Below are positions 27,386-39,749 of a DNA stretch of 64,000 nucleotides, piece after piece. Within the stretch, counting starts at the first letter, position 1; every line of letters begins with the position of its first letter. The DNA comes from Spirogloea muscicola. Lineage: Eukaryota. The notes under the pieces are model-generated. The model searched no databases. It was given only the letters and a program-made list of their open reading frames with translations, and was not told the origin of the DNA. Location: positions 995,295 to 1,059,294 of the forward strand of contig WELB01000007.1 in NCBI GenBank assembly GCA_009602725.1. The letters run 5' to 3'. The translations under genes were made by a program, and so were the position numbers.

Positions 27386-29644
27386 ATGTTCAAGAAGTGA
27401 GCCGCCGCGCGAAGCTACCACCGCTACCCATGAAAACTGATAATGTCTAAGCTCGGCCGCTGCAGCTGAGGCCGCAGCCCTTGATGTCAGGCAGGTTCCC
27501 ATCTGGCATGCCTGCAGCATTTTCTGCTGCCAATAAGCCGTGAGCTAACTCCTGCTGCGACTTTGAGGGGCCCCAGGTTCACGGCGGAGGAGGTTTCGGG
27601 CCAGAATCAAGTCAAGGCGTCGGTGCAACGCAGGATCCGCCAGAGTATCGGCGAGGAGGTGAGGCCCCCGCTGCCACGCCAGGCTGGCTAATGGCGACGA
27701 TGATGATATCTTCCTCTGCCCGCCAACGTGGAGGCCAGACGGCAGTGCAAAATCCCTGCAGGCGGCAAGTGACCATTTATTCGACGGAGTATGGCTTGAC
27801 TGGTTGCGGAAAAAGCTCTAGGTTTTGGAGTCAAGCTCTTAGGATGTCAGCCTTCGAGTATTGGGGTTTTGGGATGCTTGGCTCGATCGTCAGCGGTACT
27901 TGGTGGGGGTGGCCGTCTTCTTCAAGGTGCCTGCGTCAGGCCTGACATGTCTGCGGGTCCTCGCCATGCTGTCTTCTGCGTACCTGGGCGGCGGCTGCAG
28001 TATCCACTGCTGGAGCCTGTTCTGGATGACCTCCTCCCAAAGAAGGCCCCACTTACCGTTGCTAAATGGTGAGAGGCATCCAAGTCCCGAGGTCGCTGAC
28101 AGGCATTTGGCTCCTGATCATTTCCACTTGTTACTGCATCACCTAATCCCACTATTTACTGACAATTTTCCTGCAAATTGCAGCAGCTGCCGCTCTCTTC
28201 CCTGATTGAGTCTCTTGCCGTTTAGGAGCTTCGTAGTGTTTGGCAGCCAGGGACAGTGTGCAAGCCTTCTGACTGTTGACAATTGCAACAATCATGAGGA
28301 GAGGAAGATGACTGCTGGCAGTGCCGGCCTGAGCCAGAGCATCATTCTCCCTTGCTGAGCATGTGTGCAGCCAGAACCACCTGAACCTGGTGGTGGTGAA
28401 CAACGTGCCCCTCTTCTTCAACGTGCGCGACGGGCCATACATGCCGACGCTGCGGCTGCTGCACCAATGTGAGCACCTTCCCCTGCCCTCACACACACAC
28501 CCCCCACAAACCCCCCTCCCCCTCCCCCCCCCCTATGCGCAGTGATGGCAATGTCAAGCTTTGAGGACCTCAGAAATTGAGCTGCAGATCAGAGGTGGTG
28601 GTAGGGCTCAGACTTTGGCCGCTTGGCAGCTTATAGTGAGGCCATGGTCCACAGTAAGAGAGGAAGTTAAGCATCAGTCTTCCTCCAGCTCGGTGCTGCT
28701 CCGCTCCACATTGTGGAGCTCTGACTTCTCCTTGGTCCTGTTTGTCCCCCCCGCCCCCCGGCCCCTTTCCCCCACGGTTTCCTGTGAAGATCCCGATGTA
28801 ATGAAGCGGGTGCAGGTCGACCGTGGCGCAATCAAGTTCGTGCTGGCAGGCGCCAATATCATGTGCCCGGGGCTCACATCCAAAGGCGGCGCGCTCGACC
28901 CCAATGTTGGCGCTGACTGCCCTGTGGTGAGCTTTCCCTGTTTGGGTGTTGTACAACGAAGCCTCCTCTGCTCTGTGAAGCTCAGGCCGTTTGCTGGCTT
29001 GGCATCGTGAGCATGTTTCGTTGCCAAGCCTAGCTGGCAACAGCAGCTGACAAGCGCCAAGCTCGTGATGCTGAAGCTGCCATCGGATGTCGCCTGGTCA
29101 GGCAGTGCATGCTGAGGGCAAGGAGCACGCGCTCGGAATTGGATTCACCAAGATGTCGGCAGAGGACATGTACAATCTCCAGGCTGCTGCCCTGCGTGCG
29201 CATCTTTGTCACATGTTTGATAAATTTTGTCAACATGCTTGTCAGCATGCTTATCTTCACCATGTCATGCTGAGCTTAATACCTCCCACTGCACAGGCTG
29301 AAGATCAACAAGGGGATTGGAGTTGAGAACATGCATTCGCTCAACGACGGTCTTTGGAAGGTTGGCCATGCGATCCTTCGTGCAGCTATAGGCCTTAAAC
29401 TGGCACCGACAAGATTTGCCCACAGCAAATTCCTGCAAGTTTTGTCAGCCGAAGCACATCCTTGCCTAGGTTGCTACGTGATCCACCCCCCGTGCTCTGC
29501 GTGTCCCCTATTATAGTCCTGTTGCCAAATCAAGTAGTTCCTGTATATGCAAGATGAATGAGCAGACAGTGCCGGATCTCTTGAGATCAAGGGCTTTCTA
29601 ATGTTGGTCTGATTGAGTATGACCAGATGACGCACTTGGAGTGA
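27386..29644 (+). CDS. MCTS1: MCTS1/MCT-1/TMA20 translation re-initiation and 40S recycling factor (PUA domain)
   Basis: 11-nt first exon ATGTTCAAGAA (MFKK), then [117 protein letters not shown]; 8 exons. Confidence 0.97.
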
Positions 29645-30607
29645 GGTGCGGTTGCATCAGAAAGGTTGTCCCATTTCTTGCCTGCATCTTCTGTGGATCT
29701 TCTATGGACCTGGACAGATGCAGTGCGCTTGACAAGTCAAGGCTTCACAGCGGCGCTACACGACCTTTCTGTTACAATCAGCCGATCAGGAATTGCACTA
29801 GGTCAAGGGCATTCACTTTGCGCTTCTTCCTGTGCATCAAGTTGCACTTGCTGCAGGACAGACAGCAATGCCAGGATGTACTGAGCTTGTATATTTGCTT
29901 GAGCGGCAGTTTGTTAGTGACATTTTAGAAAAGCAAGGTTGGGAAGATGGAGCTGCTTGCCTCGGGTGCACGACTTTTTTCAGCATCTGAAGGCATAGTT
30001 ACATGGTGCATTCTCGACGCACTGCTCGTTTCATTCAGTTGTGCTATGAGGGACGGCATTGTGGGACTGCAATGCATCACACACGACTTGGCAACTTTGC
30101 CAGCTCGCCTCAACTCTATGCCCCCTCTGGAAGTCAGTTTGCCTGGCTGCTATGCTGTCGCTGACCTTGATCATAGCTTCTGGCATTGTCACCACTGTAA
30201 TCACCACTATGAGCTTGACCCTCTCCTTTGATAGCCTCTGGATTTCTCCTGCCTAAGGTGGGATGTAAGGATGGCGGGTCATCAATGAAGTGATCACAAA
30301 TGTTGTGCAGGCATGTCTGACAGCAGCAGCTGCCTCCCTGCAAGAGCCCTTTCACTCCTTCCTCCTAGATTCACTCGAGTCGACCACCATTGTAGGAAGC
30401 ACTGTTGCAGTGCCAAATAAGGCGTCACCGCTGCGTGGTCTCTTTGACAGCCTCAATCTGGACAGGGGCTCTTGTCATCGAGTGTTTAAGGCTATTAGAG
30501 GGCTCTGGGAATCTGACTACATCGATGGTCAGAGTCAAACACACGACAGAGTACCTTGAGCGGAGGGAGTATCCAAGCAGTGCAAGCAGACTGCCGAGTC
30601 CACCCTT

Positions 30608-30758
30608 GTAGCCCCCCACTAAGCAGCTTGACATTCGAGCCCCAGCGCAACCAGGAGTGCTCATCTGCTTAGGTAGCTGCGTGAACTCTCGTGCACCTAA
30701 GCAGATGAGCACTCCTGGTTGCGCTGGGGCTCGAATGTCAAGCTGCTTGGTGGGCTAC
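30608..30758. repeat. Long hairpin: perfect 54-bp inverted repeat with a 20-nt loop and imperfect basal extension
   Basis: 30621-30674 (aagcagcttgacattcgagcc...tctgcttaggt) is the exact reverse complement of 30695-30748. Confidence 0.95.
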
Positions 30759-31334
30759 CTGAAGTCCACTGAGTGCCCTGTCCCTGAGTGCTCAGTGCTC
30801 GTAGTGATTTGATGAGGGTCTCCCTTCACCAGACCCCACTTGGCAGCACATTGTCGTGCTTTCAGCGTCGTGTGTGAGCCTGTTTGTAGCGAGCTCAGGC
30901 TCATGCTTTCCGCCATGAAGCTGGGCGAGCTTGAGTTGGTGGCAAAAGGGCCTAGAATCTGCAAGCTGGTAGTCGGACATAGCCAGACCTCTACTTGCTG
31001 ACCCGTGGTCATCGAGCGGGTCGGCGTAGCAGCAGGTCGCGTACATCTGTGGACGTGCTTGCTTGTGATATTTGAGTACACAGCCCACATCAAACACCAC
31101 ACGTCGTGTTAATCGTATGTGCTCACCGGTGGGTACTAACGTCACACTGTCACCTTAGCCACCTTAGCATAGGGCTTCAGCAGATGTAGCCCCACTTTCT
31201 GCAGTAGCTGTGGCCTGTACAGAGTGTTGGCTCGGAAATGGCCACACTTNCGGCCCGCGGCGGCGGCGGCGGCGGCGTCGGCGGCGGCGGCGCCGGCGGC
31301 AGCGCTGACGCCGGCGGAGGACGGTGCTGTGCAG

Positions 31335-34044
31335 CTGGAGGTCGTGGTGACCAAGTACGCGAGCCGCGCGCTGGTGTACACCGTCGAGGGCGGCTCGCCC
31401 ATGTTCTTTGACGCCGACGGCCGCGGCCACGACCTCTTCCCGACGAGTGAGCGCCTTGACCACCGCCGGCTTTGCTTTCGCCCCTGCCGGAGAGGCCTGC
31501 CGCCATCTCTGCCGCCTTCGAACCGCCTGCTTCTACAGCCACAGTGGGAGCTAGCCACTGGCCGACATGCCCCTGCGCTACGTGCTGACTCGTGACACTG
31601 AGCGGGCCAGCTTAGCAGCAAGTAATGTATAGCTGTCAATGTGCTTGCCCTTGTACAACACGTGTGTTGGGTGATGGCTCCAGTTCCCTGCGCCCGTCTG
31701 ACGGCAGCCAGCCGCCGCAGTGTACGCGCTGTGGAAGGCGCCGTCGATGCTGCCGGCGCTGGAGCTCAAGGGCGGCGAGGTGTCGCGGTACATCCTTGGC
31801 GGCGCCGACCTCATGCTCCCCGGCGTCCGCGTGCCGCCGGAAGGCCTCCCCAGCTTCGCCGAGGGCGAGCCCTGGGTCGTGCGCGTGCCCAACAACGACT
31901 ACCCCATCGCGGTGAGTCCAGGTCCGCTTCGCTTGAGCCCTCTGGCACCTCCGACCCGATTGCGCTGCTGCTGCGGAGCTGCGTTCGTTGCTGCGGAGCC
32001 GCAGCCGCTGCAGCTGGCTGTGGCAACGGTGCTGATGGTGGGAGTGACGACTTGCAAATTCACCCAGGTTGGTACGACGATGTTGAGCAGCGGCGAGGCG
32101 GCCAGAACGTCTATGCGTGGCAAGGCCCTTCACGTCATCCACTACTACGGCGACACCTTGTGGTGCGCGATCAAGCTCCGACTCAATGGCCTGGTCTCCG
32201 GCCCTCCCTCAGGCCCCTTGTTGTTCGCTCTCCTTTCTCTTTCCCCTCACTTTTGGGCTGAGCTGAAGTCCACTGTGACGAGCTCGTGCGCACAATTTGC
32301 TCAAGCGCGCATCTCTGCATGAGGGTGGCGGCCAGGGAGCATGCTGAGGGCCGCTATGTCCCCAATGATGGCTTCCAAGACGGCATCGTTGTTGAGGACC
32401 CTGCACGAGCGGCACCACCACCAGACCTCCCGGCAGGCTCGGGCGATGGCAATGGCCACGTCAAGGACCAGCAGGAGGTTGACAAGCACCCATCGGAGAA
32501 GGGCAGTCCGAACCCGGAGGTCGCCAGCGGCGTGACCCGCCTGTCAATCGACGAGGAGACCCAAGGCGAGCCAGACGAGGAGAAGAACGTGTCATCGCCT
32601 GGTCCGGGCACTGCAGCGCCGCTGAGCGCGACAGACATGGACCAGCTGCTGGAGGACTGCCTCATGCGGGTGCTGCGGACCAGCATCAAGGACAAGGACC
32701 TGCCGCTGGCCTCCAGTACTCTCTGGTACTTCTGATCGCTCCCTGGTCACTGGGCGACAGCTGCATCCGCCCTGCATATGCAAGAACATTTCGGAAGCCA
32801 GATGTTTACTGGTTACTCTGATGTGCAAGATCAGGTCAAGTCACATCCTCCCTGCGCGGCCCAGTGGAGTTGTCTTGGACATCAAGAAGTCTTCGCATAA
32901 GAAGCTCTCCAAGTGGCTGCAGGCTGAGGCGGCCCGCGGTCTGGTGAGCGCCGTGGGTGGCACTCTTGGCTGCTTGAAGATTTCCCTCACTGCTTGGAGC
33001 AGCAAGTCTTGGAGACCTTGTAGCTTTTGCACAGAAAATCCATGCCTAGCAAATAGGAGCCAAGCATTCGGCTTTAGCAGAGCTTTGCCATTACCATCTG
33101 GAAACCGCGAGTTGTTGGCAATGCAGCTGGTTTGCAAGGAGGACCGGCACCGGAAGGAGGTGATGGTGATTGCCGTGAACCGAGGCCACGAAGACTACCA
33201 GGCTTTCAAGCTGCCTGAAGCAACGAGCAGCTCGGAGCAGGCCCAGATGGCGAGGCCCACCGACGACGGCCCTGCCAAAGAGCGGGGGGGTGCTGCGGGC
33301 ATTGCAGAGGTTGAGGTCGTGGAGGTGTGGAAGGTCACGTCCCATGTCGCACCTATTGTGGAGGCTGTCGGAGCTGACCCGGCACGCTACTACACAGCCG
33401 CCGAGGCCACGGCAGTCGCCGCTGCTTATGTGGAGCAGGAAAAGCTGCAAAGTGGCGCCGACCCGGCCGTTGTTGTGCTGGATGCGCCGCTGTGTGATGC
33501 CCTCCTCAAGGGCGCCGTCAAGAAAGGCACGGCGTACCCAACGGAGTTGCACCGGCGAGACGTGGCGGCGGCATTTGTGTCGCGCATGCAGGCTCACCAC
33601 CGCGTGACACGGGGCAGCGAGAGCGTCGTGCGCCGTGGGCAGCTGCACAGTGTGCACATACTGGTGGAGCGTCGGCAGGGCAACAAGAAGGTCACCAAGG
33701 TGTCGGGCGTGGAGTCGTTCCTGGTTGATCCTCACGCACTCGCCTCAGAGCTGCAGAAGAAATTTGCCAGCAGCACTTCGGTGTCAGAGCTCCCCGGTAA
33801 GCTGCCTCTCCTGATGTGTCATTTCAGTCTTATGATGCAGTAGCACGGACATTGAGCTCTTCAAAGAGCTTTCTCAGGTTGTTGAAACCTCTGATCATAT
33901 TCTGCTGACATTGCAGGTAAGAAGGACCAGTTTGAGGTGCAGGTGCAGGGTGGCGTGCTGGAGGACCTGGGCAAGTACCTGGTGGAGCACTACGGAATCC
34001 CCAAGAAGCATATAGAAATTCTCGACAAGACAAGGCGCGTGTGA
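31335..34044 (+). CDS. EIF2D: eIF2D/ligatin/TMA64 (PUA, SWIB, SUI1); first exon missing, probably lost at the N join (31250)
   Basis: PMFFDADGRGHDLFPT|VYALWKAP, GGEVSRYILGGADLMLPG, GKALHVIHYYGDTLW, LDIKKSSHKKLSKWLQ, VVLDAPLCDAL, ERRQGNKKVTKVSGVESFLVDPHALASELQKKFASSTSV, EVQVQG...YGIPKKHIE; stop at 34042-34044. Confidence 0.95.
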
Positions 34045-34998
34045 TTGGTCTGGTGGAGATAGAGGTACATGGACCTCTGACCACAGGTTCAACAACGCTG
34101 GCAAATTTGCAGTTTTGAGCATTGTCTGACATCAGCATCCGAGTCTCCCTAACCAGCCCACCTCCAGCTCCACTGCATTAGACCGTGCTACCTGACGAGG
34201 CTGCTACTGTATTTCCCGTCGACCCTATGGACACGAGGGATAAATGTTTTATCTCGCTGTCAGGTTACTGAGGTAGGCGACACATGAGGTGAAGCAAGCT
34301 GACCATGAGGTGGAGCACGCCCGCAGACCTGGTGACTAGACAAGGTGATGCACAGAAGCAAGCACCTCGGCACATGTCCATCCTGCTTGCTGATTGCAAG
34401 CGATGCAGACTCAGGCTGGAGCTTGAGCGATGCATGACGTCAATTGAGAAGCCAGCCAACAAGCGACTTTCCACATAGCCATTGCCAAGAGCAAAGGATG
34501 GTAGCTGAGTCATACACTGGTTCACTATCACAAATCACTGGATAAAAGTGAAGCAAGGGCGTGCAGAGTGTGCAACATGCATGAGCACACTGCAAAGCGA
34601 TTTATTTCACCCCACATGGCAGAGGTAAGAACTATCATCCCTGCACATTCTCCACTCCACCAGTCAAGAGTGGCAGCTGAGCCTGGAAGCAGCAGGGCCG
34701 GCTGGTCAGACTTGACTATCTGTGATGCTGGCAGCACCAGCTTTGTGCATCTGCATGGTCTGCAGAAATTGGCCAGTCGTCATCCTGATCTGTAAAACCA
34801 TACGGCTCAAAGTGCCCAGGAATCTCCCGGGCAGAGCCTGTTACTCTTATTGGTTGGCCAGACTATGTAACACGGGGGTGACGAAGAAACCACGGCTTGT
34901 TTGCTCATAGCAAGGCATGCTAACGTGGTCTGAGGCTCAAAAATGACACCCAAAAGGGCTAACCAGCCTTCTCGTCTCTACAGATGTTGGGAGTGAGG

Positions 34999-37900
34999 TC
35001 AGGTGCCATCGCAACACTGACCACCCGCAAGGGTGTGGGGCACGTAAACCAATGTGCCTGACATGGCACCTGCGTTAGAAGCACAGCGAAAAATAAATGA
35101 GAAGATGATCCTCAAAAGCAGCCCATATCATGGCAAGACATGTACCAAATCAGCCACCTGTTCGACTAATGAAACCGTGTCTGGACCAACTTTGGTTGCC
35201 TACAAGTCTGTGGTGCATTGGCATCTCCAAGCAGATTGGTACTGAGATAGCAGGGAATCCAAAGACAAGTACAACTACAGATACGAGTACATACCTCCTA
35301 GGTTCTCAAGAGTGTGAAGAATCACGCGATAGCTGCTCGGATTCCTCAAGATGCCTGTCAGAATGTCCTGACTTGGCACGTTGGTGTACCCAGACGAGGC
35401 AAAGTCTAGGCTGTTGTTCACGTCAGCCTTGGCAACTATGATGACAAAGCTGGGGGGGCTGCTCAGGTCTGTAATGTGCAGCTCCAACGGAGTCCCAACG
35501 CTCCCCGATGGCGAGAATGTGTATGCAATGCCGCCATTGCCAAGCACCAGCCTATGGTTGCCAAGGCAAAATAGATACAGTCACTCAGGCACGTATAGAA
35601 GCTTCAGAGCCAACATACTGCGCCGCTAACTTGATGGCTTGCAACATCTATTCAACGGGGAGGACTGTAGAGGTCAGGACCACCCCTTGCATTGTCCTAC
35701 CTGACATTCGCAGATCCACCTGGCCCGGAAAGGGCTGCCCTTAAGGGCACCTTCGTTTCAAGTTGACCACGACAGACGCCCTGGCAAATCACATCAGCGA
35801 TGACTACGTCAAGCACAGGAGATGCTTCTTGAGACAAGTTGGCCAAGTAACAAGTCAACCTGTCACCTTGATTGTGCTATACTTGGATAAGTCGTGCATG
35901 GGTCAACCAAAGTGTTTATACGAGTTTGGCGGGCTCAGGCTTAGACTTCAACAGCACCTGCTAACAATAGCGTGTTTCAACAGCAAGAGGAACTGCTGGG
36001 CAATAATTACCTTAGGATTCGCTGTGGTCCGGATGTCCATGAAATAGGCAATCGGTTGTGCTCGCTCAGGTGACCCCAGGAATTCAACATTCTGGCCCGG
36101 TGGCACAGGGTAATCAGGTAGGTAACCAACGGCGGCATTAGTCTTGGTGCAGCCAGTCACTGTGGAGCTAGGAGGTGCTCCATTGTAGACATTGATAAGG
36201 GCTTTGGTGGTGGTGTTTGGGACAACACCAAAGCTCCCAGCAAAGATGTTGATGGACGTGATAGTGGCAACATCAATGCTGCTGTCGATCTTGATAAAAT
36301 AACAAATCTGGGGCCCATATGAGTTATTCATGTACTGGAAGAAGATATCTCCAAAAGCATTGCCGATGCTGGGTCCGACTGGGGGAGGAGAAATCAGAGC
36401 AGACTCCATGCGGGCAAGAAGTCTAGGTTCTGTCACAATCTGCCCCCTCGCAGTGACTGCACAAAGGAGCAAGTCGCCCACATCGTCCAAAAATGTCAGG
36501 GAACAGCCGACCAGAGCAATGAAGCTGTATCATGAAAACGTCTGCTCGATCACAAACGAGCCTGCCACCAACGAGTATAGAAAGTGACTATCGGAAACAT
36601 TCACGTGACAATAGTGCGACGCGTGAATGCTAGGCTCACCACCGGGGTACGACAGAACAGCGTAGTAGGCAGAAGGGTTGGTGAAGAGCTGGGCCGAGAC
36701 CAAGTCTGAGCCAAATATTGTGCAACCACCAGGCGGGATCTTGTCGCTGCAATCAACAAGGTACAAGCACCTCTCAGTTCCAACTTCTTGCCACCTTCTG
36801 ACAATCATGGTGCCGCAAAAAGTGCCGTCTTCTGGAGTAAAAGGCCTGCATCTACCCTTTGCACCTTTGCCAAGGCCTTCCAATTCATGAACCAGTCCCT
36901 AGGCAAATCTTCTGAGTAGCCTAAACCATGAGTACAGCTTAAGGGGTCACGATAACAGACTCCTGCAGAATTCCAAGAAACGTGATTGCTCAAACCCCAA
37001 AAGGACCCTCTAACAGATCTACCTGCAACGAAGCAGGAAGAAAGGGAAGCCACCCTCGGTAGATGCGCACCTGCTCTGGAAGATGTTCACATACTCCGGC
37101 CCATTGGTGCCGGCCACGCCCTTGTAGAGGATCAGGCTGGCGGCGCCTATCGGCAGCGGGTACGAGGGCACGTTGAGCTGCCAGCACATCTTGGTGGCCC
37201 CCCACAAAAGGTCAACAGTGCCCACAAACGCGTTGCTTCCGCCTGGTGCTGGGACGACGTGCTCCGTCTCCAGCGTAGCCATCGTCAACACTGCACATAA
37301 GGAGCAGCAGGCATCAAACCCACGTTGACGAGCATGTAGAACAAGTCATGGTGACCGGGCTACCATCGACCACTTTAAAACCACCAGCCCGCTTGCATCC
37401 CTTGCCTGCGTGGCCAAGTTGCCCAATCAAGGGCCCTCGTGGCACGTCACCCCGCCTTCACAATGTCGCTCTTGTTGCTCACAGCAGCAAATGTTGCCAG
37501 CCACAATGGGGAGGGCATGGGGACTATTCGAGCCAAGATGGTCATCGCCAGCAAGAACGAGCATGCAGTGGCGACCATCAATAACTAATGCATCCCCACA
37601 GGTCGGAGCCTTGTGCTGCTCTGAAGACCCCAACTGGCTCATCAAGAGCCCTTGAGCACGTTCCAGCAGAGGTGGGGCCAAAGTGCAGTATTCCTCCGGC
37701 ACTGTGACAGTTTGCACCTGGGACCTTCTCAGACCCCGTCGCCGTGCCCTCGCGGTACTAAGCGCTTCAGGTTCGACTGGGGGCCCTGCTAACTCACAGT
37801 TTCTCCATCTGGGCTGGCGACGATTTGGAGTGGCACTCGCCTCTCATGGGCCTCACGGTCAGGACCTTACGAGCGCAAGAAGACCCCTATGGCCACCAGT

Positions 37901-38058
37901 TCCGGATGTAAAAGCGGGCAAGTCGTGTGCTCACAGCAGTCGAAGTTGGTGGCGCCCGTCGTGATGTTGTTGATGGTGCAGGCGCCCACCGGCCCAGCGA
38001 GGAGCGCGACGGCCAGGGCCGCCGCGGCCGCCACCAGCGCCAGCCCGGCGCGCGCCAT
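34999..38058 (-). CDS. Secreted protein with three tandem CHRD-like domains
   Basis: Signal peptide MARAGLALVAAAAALAVALLAGPVGA. Three repeats each start with an A-x-L-like strand and end in NPSAYYAVLSYPGGVTARGQI, YFMDIRTTANPKGVCRGQL and NPSSYRVILHTLENLGGAMSGTL. Internal MCW/ICY and G-x-x-G-x-x-GP-like motifs are present. Exons approx 38058-37935, 37290-37071, 36746-36640, 36456-36011, 35780-35701, 35551-35295, 35069-34999. Confidence 0.75.
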
Positions 38059-38250
38059 CGTGGGCGGCGAAGGCGCGCTCGCCGGCTTCAGAGCACGCGG
38101 ATTGCCGGGGCCGGCCTCCTCATCCGCTGCTCCGGAATCCGGCAGCGCACGAGATGTCCCAATGCCCCTGTCCCGAGGACCTGGCGCCGAGACGAGGACG
38201 CGGCGTCGCTGTAGGAGCCTTGACAATGGCGAAGCCGCTGCCGCTGCCGC

Positions 38251-38292
<42 letters not shown>

Positions 38293-38699
38293 TGCCTNNN
38301 NNNNNNNNNNNNNNNNNNNNNNNNNNNNNNNNNNNNNNNNNNNNNNNNNNNNNNNNNNNNNNNNNNNNNNNNNNNNNNNNNNNNNNNNNNNNNNNNNNNN
38401 NNNNNNNNNNNNNNNNNNNNNNNNNNNNNNNNNNNNNNNNNNNNNNNNNNNNNNNNNNNNNNNNNNNNNNNNNNNNNNNNNNNNNNNNNNNNNNNNNNNN
38501 NNNNNNNNNNNNNNNNNNNNNNNNNNNNNNNNNNNNNNNNNNNNNNNNNNNNNNNNNNNNNNNNNNNNNNNNNNNNNNNNNNCGCCGCCGCCGCCTCCGC
38601 AGCCGGCCACCATCCCCCCCCCCCACTCCCACCCGCGCTTTCGTCCTAACTCGAGGTCACTAAGTCATTGTCCTACATGGACCTTGCCTCTGTCGTTCA

Positions 38700-39747
38700 G
38701 CCGCTTTTCCCTTTCGGACCTTGTCGTTTATGCAAGTTCCCCTGAGCTGGCATTTCACAGCCCTCGCCCCACTTTGAGAAAGTGCTCGCCCATACAGAAG
38801 AGGGGCTGGCAAAGCCAGCCCGAAATGAATGGACAATGTCCAAAGGAAAGAGGTGCCGTAAAAAGGACTACACCTCACAACACTACAAAACGCAAGACGA
38901 TGCAAAGGGAACTCAGTACACGCGAGTGAGCAACATCAGGTCGGAGTAGCTCGCTGCAGGGATGAGCCACTGTCTTTCAATCTCAGTCTTTTGTGGGCTG
39001 GTCCTCGTTTCGGCAAGCACCTCGCCCCCTTTCTTCGTTCAAAAACGATCTCTTTCAAAGTAAAGGGGCGAAACGATCACCGATAAAGCCTGCCCACAGA
39101 AAATTGAATATGTCAATGATTCACTTCCTGCCTCACCCGCGCGCCGCCGCCGGCCAGCCGGGCCACCGCCGCGGGGCGCACTGTTGGGTCGTGCCGTGCC
39201 GTCGGAGCGGCCGACTGTCGGCCACGCTCACCTGGCATCCCGCCGCCCCCCTCGGGCGACCTTTATGTTTTGACCCGTGGTTTCTGAGCGGGTCAATCTA
39301 CTGTAGGTTATGTAGGTCTTAAGATGTGCTTGCCTTTGTACTCGGCCATTTGGCCTTCGTTTGTTTCAAATACACGAAATTTCTCCTCGGACTCCTGGAT
39401 GCTCTCTCCTCGCTCCTCTTTTTTTATGGGCGAGCCCTTCCCCTACTCTCCTCGTTCGCCTGATTCAATCTTCAAACTCCCTCCGTTTCAGATATGCATG
39501 GGATATTAGTGTCCCCCTTAGACAGCTCATTACCCACTTAACAGGACATTTGTAGGGTTAGATTTGGCCTCCCTTTCAATTTCATGCGCGCCGCGCGCCT
39601 TCTCTCCGTAGCCCCACTTCTTGTACTAGAGGTTACTGAGAGTCCGCTTGCTGCTGTCTCAGTCCTTAGCACTCCGGCTCCTTCAGACCTTGTCCATTCC
39701 TTTGGGCTGGCCTCTCCCAGCCACCAGTTAATCTGGCCGCGCTTGCT
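38700..39747. mobile_element. Cluster of CRE-like 3' fragments (D+, C-, C+, B+, A+)
   Basis: Reverse of 38912-38960 encodes SYSDLMLLTRVY*. 39490-39605 matches 26450-26560, and 39625-39747 matches 19880-20005. Confidence 0.85.
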
Positions 39748-39749
39748 CT

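Noticed and set aside
37640..37717. Possible extra exon in the CHRD-like gene giving a CANCH (CxxCH heme-binding) motif
   Set aside because: Exon 1 splices in frame directly to the exon at 37290. The putative exon lacks a strong phase-compatible donor, and covalent heme attachment is not expected in the secretory pathway.
37760..37790. GGTTCGA as a tRNA T-loop (also at 51327)
   Set aside because: No cloverleaf can be formed; one site is intronic and the other is in a coding exon.
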